Assembly (NCBI GenBank): GCA_964574405.1
Contig: CAZNNN010000003.1
Span: forward strand, 11,035 to 54,680
Reading direction: 5' to 3'
Length of the DNA stretch: 43,646 nt
DNA from: an uncultured Candidatus Saccharibacteria bacterium
Lineage (GTDB): Bacteria > Patescibacteriota > WWE3 > UBA101185 > UBA10185
Within the stretch, counting starts at the first letter, position 1. Every line of letters starts with the position of its first letter. A program made the position numbers and the translations under genes. Of the stretch, positions 35,461 to 43,646 are shown one piece after another. The notes under the pieces were generated by a model, which was not told the origin of the DNA, did not search any database, and saw nothing but the letters and a program-made list of their open reading frames with translations.

Positions 35461-36063
35461 ATGGTCGACGAGATAAAAATACAAGAAAATACGGATCGGG
35501 AGGATATAAATATTGTTACTATTTCAGATCTGCCTTCCGACGGAGCAAAGTGGTATGTGGTTCATACTTACTCGGGTCATGAAAACAAGGTAGCGACAAC
35601 GCTTAAACAACGGGTTGCTTCCTTGGGATTTATGGATCGGGTTTTTAAGGTTTTGATTCCCACCCAAAAGAAAATTGTGGTGAGTGAGGGTAAAAAGCGA
35701 GAGGTGGACGAGCATATTTTACCTGGTTATGTAGTCATTTTAATGAAATTATCTGACGAGGTATGGCATTTAGTTAGGTCTACTAGGGGGGTTACGGGTT
35801 TTGTTGGTGTTGGCACCTCTCCCACGCCGTTACCCGAGTCGGAAATTAGAATTTTAATGAAGTTTATGAGAATGGAAGCGCCTAAATTTGAGGCTAGATA
35901 TTCAGTGGGTGACGGTGTTAAGATCATTGACGGACCATGGAAGGATTTTATGGGTAAGGTAGATGAAGTTAATGAAGAACAGGGGAGAGTTAAGGTTTTG
36001 GTTTCTGTTTTTGAGCGGGAAACTCCCATGGAGTTGGAATTTGGTCAGGTAGTCGCCTTATAG
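35461..36063 (+). CDS. nusG: Transcription termination/antitermination factor NusG
   Basis: NGN domain (WYVVHTYSGHENKV) and KOW motif (GDGVKIIDGPWKDFMGKVDEV). Confidence 0.95.
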   Translation: MVDEIKIQENTDREDINIVTISDLPSDGAKWYVVHTYSGHENKVATTLKQRVASLGFMDRVFKVLIPTQKKIVVSEGKKREVDEHILPGYVVILMKLSDEVWHLVRSTRGVTGFVGVGTSPTPLPESEIRILMKFMRMEAPKFEARYSVGDGVKIIDGPWKDFMGKVDEVNEEQGRVKVLVSVFERETPMELEFGQVVAL

Positions 36064-36079
36064 ATGCAGAAGGTAGAAT

Positions 36080-36508
36080 ATGGCAAAAGAAAAAAAGATT
36101 AAAGCATATGTAAAACTAAATATTCAGGCAGGAAAAGCCAATCCCGCACCTCCGGTTGGACCTTCGTTAGGTCAGCACGGTGTGCCTTTAATGGATTTTT
36201 GCAAAGAGTTTAACGCCAGAACCAAGGACATGGGGGATAATGTTATACCCGTGGTGTTAACAGTGTTTGAAGATAGATCATTTACTTTTATTACTAAAAC
36301 CCCTGTAACCTCTAATTTAATCCTTAAAGCAATTGGGGTTCAAAAAGGTTCTGGCGTGCCAAATAAGACCAAAGTGGGAACTATTACTAAAAAACAGGTG
36401 GAAGACATTGCCAAAACTAAAATGCCCGATCTTAATGCCAAAACTTTAGATGAGGCGGTAAAAATTGTGGAAGGTACTTGTAGATCTATGGGGGTAACTG
36501 TATTATGA
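36080..36508 (+). CDS. rplK: 50S ribosomal protein L11
   Basis: [19 protein letters not shown] and FTFITKTPV motifs. Confidence 0.97.
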   Translation: MAKEKKIKAYVKLNIQAGKANPAPPVGPSLGQHGVPLMDFCKEFNARTKDMGDNVIPVVLTVFEDRSFTFITKTPVTSNLILKAIGVQKGSGVPNKTKVGTITKKQVEDIAKTKMPDLNAKTLDEAVKIVEGTCRSMGVTVL

Positions 36509-37112
36509 ATATCAACGACGCTTTAGAATTTGTTAAGAAGAATTGCAAGGCTAAATTTGATTCTACTATTGAGGTGCACATTAACTGTAATCTAAACAAA
36601 GACAAGCAAGAGGCGGTTAGATTTAGTTTAACTCTTCCCCACGGAACAGGAAAAAGCAAGAAAATAGCTGTTATAGCATCCAAAAAGATTGTTGGCGCTG
36701 ATTTAGAGCTTAGTGACGAAGATGTTGGAAAATTGGAGAAAGCACAACTTAAGCCAAAAAATGACTTTGATATTTTAGTGGTAGAGCCTCGATATATGTC
36801 AAAACTTGCTAAAGTAGCAAAGATTTTGGGACCAGCTGGTGTAATGCCTAATCCTAAAAATGGAACTGTTACGGAAGATGTGCAAAAAGCCGTGGATCTG
36901 TTTAAAAAGGGGAGAACGGAAATTAGAACGGAACCTAATGGCACGGTTATTCACACTATAATAGGGAAGCGAAGCTTCACTACTTTATCTTTGGCAGAAA
37001 ACTATCAGGAACTTATGAGCGCATTGGCTCTAAATAAACCACAAAAGGCGGAGGCTGGATGGATAAAGGATGTTTTTATCTCGGCTACTATGAGTCCGTC
37101 GGCTAAAGTGTC

Positions 37113-37116
<4 letters not shown>
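36505..37116 (+). CDS. rplA: 50S ribosomal protein L1
   Basis: [43 protein letters not shown]. Rather short at 203 aa. Confidence 0.92.
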
Positions 37117-39555
<2,439 letters not shown>

Positions 39556-39558
39556 AAG

Positions 39559-41049
39559 TTAGATAAACTCCGTATGTCTTGCGCTTACTACGCCTAGTAG
39601 TCCGTTAAAATCGGTGGACGACTCTATTATGGTATCTACACGCTTTTTGTAATCAGCGTTGGTGTTATAACTCCCCACGATTTTGCTAATTTGTTTGCCA
39701 ATGCCCTGCGGATCCTGTTCCTTAAAGACCTGACTCCAGATTAAGGTAAAGATAAATATCTGGAGATTGGTGTTTAAAACTTCTCCAGAGGCTTGATTAA
39801 AGAAACCATTGATAATTTTTTCACCCATAAGCAGAGTAGATTTAATACCCTCACTTATTTCTGCGCCAAAGTGCACAAAGTTTTGGGTTTTTTCCAGTAA
39901 GGATAGAAAATTTGATAGCTCTCTGCCTACCGACCACTTTAATTTTGTTTGTGTTTGTCTGCCTACTCGGGTAACGGATAGAAAGTAATTAACTGCAGGT
40001 CTTCTACCTTGCAGAAATAGGTCTTTATCAAAGAAAATGTGTCCGTCAGTAATTGACATCAAATTAGTTTGAATGTAACCCGTAATATCGCCCTCCACAG
40101 TTTCTGCTATGGGTAAACAGGTAAGGGCATGGATGCCTTTGTTAGTCTTAAAGTAGCCAGACCTTTCCAATAACCGCGAATGAGCGTAAAAGATGTCTGC
40201 CGGATAGGAAGCACGACCTGGGAAGCGTTTAGCTATGAGGGACATTTCTCGGTAATATTTGGCGTGATCTGTCATATCGTCCAGAATAAGCAAAACATCG
40301 TTGCCCGTTTCCATAAAGTACTCGGATATAGTCATGGCGGAATAGGGAGTTAGATAGACAATAGCGGAGGGATCGGAGGAATAAGAAGCCACAATAACAC
40401 ATTTATCCTTAATTTTGTTAGTGGCAATAAACTTTTCTATTTTTTTAATGTCCAAAGCGTTTTTACCTATCCCGGCGTAAACGCAAAGTGTTCCTTGTTT
40501 GGCTTGATTTAACATAGTTTGTAGGATAAAGTCGGTTTTTCCAGTTTTTCTATCGCCTATCACTAACTCCCGTTGCCCCTTACCCAGGGGAACTAACATG
40601 TCAACCACTGACACGCCGGTTTCAAGGTACTGATTGATTTTAACCCTTTTTTCGATGCCTGCCGGTTTTGGATCAATTGGTAAGTACCTTTCTGGTACAA
40701 ACTCCTCAAGCTCCTTATACATGTTCTGGCCTAGCGGATCTACGGTGTGTCCAAGAAGATAGATTCCTACACCAACTTCTAGTTGGCAGTTGGTTTTGCA
40801 AACCCTTTCACCAATGCTGGGTGGGTTGTGTGACAGCAAAACAATATCCACAGTATTTTCATCCATAGACATAGTTTGTCCGATAACGCCACTTTCAAAT
40901 AAAATAACTTCTCTAGGTTTAACCGTAGGGAGTCCGCGCACCTTGGTGATAGGATAATTTAGGCTTTCCACATAGCCAACTTCATTAGTTTGATCCAAAA
41001 ATCGGGTAAAATCTTCTTGCGTGTAGTTTTTATAGCCGTACTTAAGCAT
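39559..41049 (-). CDS. atpA: F1 ATP synthase alpha subunit
   Basis: GDRKTGKT P-loop, LLILDDMTDHAKYYREMSL, PGRASYPADIFYAHSRLLER. Confidence 0.93.
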   Translation of the reverse strand: MLKYGYKNYTQEDFTRFLDQTNEVGYVESLNYPITKVRGLPTVKPREVILFESGVIGQTMSMDENTVDIVLLSHNPPSIGERVCKTNCQLEVGVGIYLLGHTVDPLGQNMYKELEEFVPERYLPIDPKPAGIEKRVKINQYLETGVSVVDMLVPLGKGQRELVIGDRKTGKTDFILQTMLNQAKQGTLCVYAGIGKNALDIKKIEKFIATNKIKDKCVIVASYSSDPSAIVYLTPYSAMTISEYFMETGNDVLLILDDMTDHAKYYREMSLIAKRFPGRASYPADIFYAHSRLLERSGYFKTNKGIHALTCLPIAETVEGDITGYIQTNLMSITDGHIFFDKDLFLQGRRPAVNYFLSVTRVGRQTQTKLKWSVGRELSNFLSLLEKTQNFVHFGAEISEGIKSTLLMGEKIINGFFNQASGEVLNTNLQIFIFTLIWSQVFKEQDPQGIGKQISKIVGSYNTNADYKKRVDTIIESSTDFNGLLGVVSARHTEFI

Positions 41050-41497
41050 AAATCTTTTCCTTAATAATTTTATCTAGTGACAAGTTTAGAAAGTGCCCTG
41101 CGTGCGATATTAATAGCCCGCCCACGATTTCCGTGGAAGGACTACATTTTGTTAGTAACCCCGTTCCAATGTTCTCCGTAGTCCACATCTCTAGTTGGCG
41201 GTTTATTGTATCGGCAATTACTGCACCTGGAACAGCAAAAGCTATTTCTTCCAGCGACTTTAAAGAAACCAGCAATGCTTCCAAACCTTTTTGTTCAAGC
41301 TTTTTACTCGTTTCTGGAAAGCATTCCAGCAGTATTTTAGACAAGAATGGGTAATTATTTTGTATATCTTGAGTAGACGGGGAACTGATTTTAGAGAGAT
41401 CGGTTAGTAAACTGTGTACCTGGTTCATTAGGAGTACCTTATTATCCGTTGTTTTAACAAGTTCCGCCAGTTTGTGGGCAACATTTTCCGTGGGCAT
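41042..41497 (-). CDS. atpH: F1 ATP synthase delta (OSCP) subunit, short (151 aa)
   Basis: Position upstream of atpA with overlap. OSCP-like C-terminus EIVGGLLISHAGHFLNLSLDKII. TATAGT (41504-41509, minus strand) sits 6 nt before the ATG. Confidence 0.7.
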   Translation of the reverse strand: MPTENVAHKLAELVKTTDNKVLLMNQVHSLLTDLSKISSPSTQDIQNNYPFLSKILLECFPETSKKLEQKGLEALLVSLKSLEEIAFAVPGAVIADTINRQLEMWTTENIGTGLLTKCSPSTEIVGGLLISHAGHFLNLSLDKIIKEKIYA

Positions 41498-41539
41498 ATA
41501 TTGACTATATAACGCCTAAAAAATAAATACAAGTACCTC

Positions 41540-41568
41540 TTGACATACATCCCTAATTTGTTTACTAT
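41540..41568 (+). promoter_or_regulatory. Candidate promoter TTGACA-17-TACTAT for the large surface-protein gene
   Basis: TTGACA 41540-41545, TACTAT 41563-41568, ATG at 41629. Confidence 0.45.
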
Positions 41569-41628
41569 AAATAAAGTTTGTCAAAAGCTTTTACTGCAAA
41601 CATTGAAAGCCTTTGATTAACCTGCCTT

Positions 41629-43646
41629 ATGAGTACAAATACTGCCCAAAAATTTGCCTTTCAGAACAACTCTAAACTTGGCGCATCTGAGGCTTCTTTA
41701 TACCTAAAAATCACTCCCTCTACCTTAAGACGACTCGAGAATGATGGAAAAATTGTTTCAGAACGACTCTCTAACGGGTACAGACAATATTCTTTTGGCG
41801 ACATTGTCTCGTTAAAAAAGATCTTAGAGGAGCGTGCCAAATCATTTCGACACACGAAGAGACTTGTGGTTGAGGAGACTAAATTCGTGGACAAGAAAGC
41901 AAAGTATCCGCAGTTTAGTAATTTAGCAATATCTCAAGGTTTCTCTGTTTTACAAATCAAATCATTAAAAAGGTTGTCGTACGCTGGTTTAGTAGCTTGT
42001 CTTATTTTATTACTGGGTGTAGGCTTTAGGTTTTTTACCCTCAACGAAAACCGTACCCCCGCCAACGGTGGAATTGGTTCTTTTGTTGCTGGTTTATTCC
42101 GTCATAATGATTCTCGACAAGCTGGACTAGTAGCCGGTGCCGAGCTAGCAAGTGTTTTGGGTGAGCAATCCAGGTCAAAAAATTACGAATTTCATGTAAA
42201 TATCCCTTCCGTTTTTAACGAGCCTTCAAATTTTAAAAAAGGCTTAACTACCACCACCGCCACAGTGGGGCAGGTGGTTGGTTTATCAGTAATTGACGGT
42301 ATTACCGAAACCACCCTTGAAAAATACTTGGATGTTACCGGGGATGTTGTTTCTCCTGCAATTGGTGGTTTAAACAGTCTAGTTGTAAATAAGATAAAGG
42401 GTATATCCTTTGGCGAGATCGAGCCGGAGTCAGGCTCGGTGCTTATGGGAGATGGCGATGCTTGGCAGAGTTTGTCAACAGAAGAAATTACAGCTCTTGG
42501 CGTAATATCCACCGGAACTTGGGAAGCCGACCCCATTGAGCCAGGATTTTTAACGGGGGTTTGGCTTACCAACGGTGTTACATATACATTTCCTACCGCC
42601 CAAGCTACAGCAGTACGCCAGACACTTGTAAATGACGGGAGTGGAACTTTGGCGTGGACAGATTTGGGTGAAGTTAATGTGGCGGATGATGCGTTAGATT
42701 TTGTTGACTTTATGGATGCCATGACCCTTGATGCCTCCACGGATATTGCCACCGCCGGCTACAACCTTACTATCTCCGGTTCTGGTAGGTTTGGCATAAA
42801 TGGTCTCTTATATTCATGGCCTGCTTCTCATACAACATCTGGGGTTTTGCAAAACAACGGGAGTGGGACTTTGTCGTGGGTAGCCATAGGGGCCGATTCT
42901 CTGCTGGATAACAGTATTGATTGGATCAAGCTAAAAAACAGTATGACTTTGGATGCCACCACTACAATCGATATGGCTACAAATTCAGCAGATTTTGGTT
43001 TTGGGGATGGGGTTTTATATATAAAAAATACTGGCAATGTCGGTATCGGGACGACCAACCCAAGTACAGCTCTGGATGTTGTGGGAGATATTACAAGCAC
43101 GGGAGATTTATCAGTTAATGGCGGTGATTTAAACACTTCGGCAAGTACCTTTAATGCGGTGGCAACCGCTGATACCGTAAATCTGGCAGGGGGTACTGCG
43201 TCAACAGGCTGTACTATAGACGGCACTGCGGGAAATCTTACATGTACAGGTAATATTGGCGGGGGAGCTAGCGGTTCGGTAGGTTTTTGGAAAAGAGCGG
43301 GAACTTTAGTAACCACAGCGTATTCGGGCGACACTGTGTCAATAGATAATTATTTGGGTATAGGCACCACAAATCCTACCAAGGCCTTGAGTGTAGTTGG
43401 CGATGTAGGTATAACGGGTACAGTAACGGGTGGTTTGGCAGTTACAGGCGGGTTAACCGTAGATACCGTAAACGGCAATACCATTACTGCCTCAAGTGGT
43501 ATTCTAACAGTGGGTGCGGGAAAAACCTTAACGGCAAATGATAACGCTACTTTTAACACTGCCTCCATGCAATTTGGCAACACCAAATCACTAACACTTA
43601 ATGATAGTTTAATAGTTGGCACTAACTCTCTTACCTTTGCTGGAAC
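41629..43646 (+). CDS. Large open-ended CDS (at least 672 codons, runs off the window): MerR-type HTH, one TM helix, Gly/Thr/Asn-rich fibre-like repeat ectodomain
   Basis: Hand translation in frame 1 from ATG 41629 meets no stop up to 43646. N-terminus LGASEASLYLKITPSTLRRLENDGKIVSERLSNGYRQYSFGDIVSLKKI. TM LSYAGLVACLILLLGVGFRFF. Repeats include GNVGIGTTNPSTALDVVGDITSTG and NYLGIGTTNPTKALSVVGDVGITG. Absent from the ORF track because it has no stop; the minus-strand ORFs listed here are its antisense shadows. Confidence 0.8.
   Translation, partial: MSTNTAQKFAFQNNSKLGASEASLYLKITPSTLRRLENDGKIVSERLSNGYRQYSFGDIVSLKKILEERAKSFRHTKRLVVEETKFVDKKAKYPQFSNLAISQGFSVLQIKSLKRLSYAGLVACLILLLGVGFRFFTLNENRTPANGGIGSFVAGLFRHNDSRQAGLVAGAELASVLGEQSRSKNYEFHVNIPSVFNEPSNFKKGLTTTTATVGQVVGLSVIDGITETTLEKYLDVTGDVVSPAIGGLNSLVVNKIKGISFGEIEPESGSVLMGDGDAWQSLSTEEITALGVISTGTWEADPIEPGFLTGVWLTNGVTYTFPTAQATAVRQTLVNDGSGTLAWTDLGEVNVADDALDFVDFMDAMTLDASTDIATAGYNLTISGSGRFGINGLLYSWPASHTTSGVLQNNGSGTLSWVAIGADSLLDNSIDWIKLKNSMTLDATTTIDMATNSADFGFGDGVLYIKNTGNVGIGTTNPSTALDVVGDITSTGDLSVNGGDLNTSASTFNAVATADTVNLAGGTASTGCTIDGTAGNLTCTGNIGGGASGSVGFWKRAGTLVTTAYSGDTVSIDNYLGIGTTNPTKALSVVGDVGITGTVTGGLAVTGGLTVDTVNGNTITASSGILTVGAGKTLTANDNATFNTASMQFGNTKSLTLNDSLIVGTNSLTFAG

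Noticed and set aside
42192-43622. Three minus-strand ORFs (42192..42752, 42828..43334, 43350..43622) and 41661..41894
   Set aside because: They are low-complexity Pro/Val/Ser/Thr translations antisense to the long uninterrupted plus-strand frame, so they are shadow ORFs of the repeat-rich CDS.

Overview
This 43.6-kb window is moderately AT-rich and densely packed with housekeeping, cell-envelope and DNA-uptake genes. There is no rRNA, CRISPR array, transposase or integrase. The gene content suggests a small-genome CPR/Patescibacteria-like bacterium, but that is inference only: sortase, PEGA protein, Wzy/TPR protein, GH57-based glycogen genes, ComEC and divergent F1 genes. Left to right: a 53-bp tandem repeat, obg, tRNA-Ala, an AAA+ ATPase, and an O-antigen-ligase-like TPR protein. 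Next come a membrane-anchored MerR-like protein divergent from dprA-comM, an ArsR regulator and leuS. Then a co-directional block of comEA, split comEC, argS, an anchored phosphoesterase and an atypical adenylate kinase. Four tRNAs (Ser, Arg, Arg, Pro) flank an ABC exporter. After them lie a c-subunit-like/b-subunit-like gene pair, sortase, a PEGA/beta-propeller protein, a GT4 glycosyltransferase and an HTH protein. A glycogen cluster follows (glgA, 2x GH57, glgA, galT-like), then rplJL, an M50 protease, secE-nusG-rplKA and an F1-only atp operon (delta-alpha-gamma-beta-epsilon). The window ends in a large open-ended CDS that the ORF track misses, encoding a MerR-HTH + TM + fibre-repeat surface protein. 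Main hunt results: (1) an F1-only ATP synthase operon, with a separate c-like (carboxylate replaced by Phe, fused to a secreted domain) plus b-like pair and no a subunit in the window. (2) A 30-nt palindrome-containing element shared 26/30 by the dprA and comEA upstream regions, next to a membrane-tethered MerR-like regulator. (3) A consensus promoter driving an 84-nt hairpin plus U-run in front of the GH57 operon. (4) The HTH-TM-fibre protein. (5) A recurrent -10 box placed 6-7 nt before the start codon at about a dozen genes, implying leaderless mRNAs. All functional calls come from motif recognition by eye; no database search was run.
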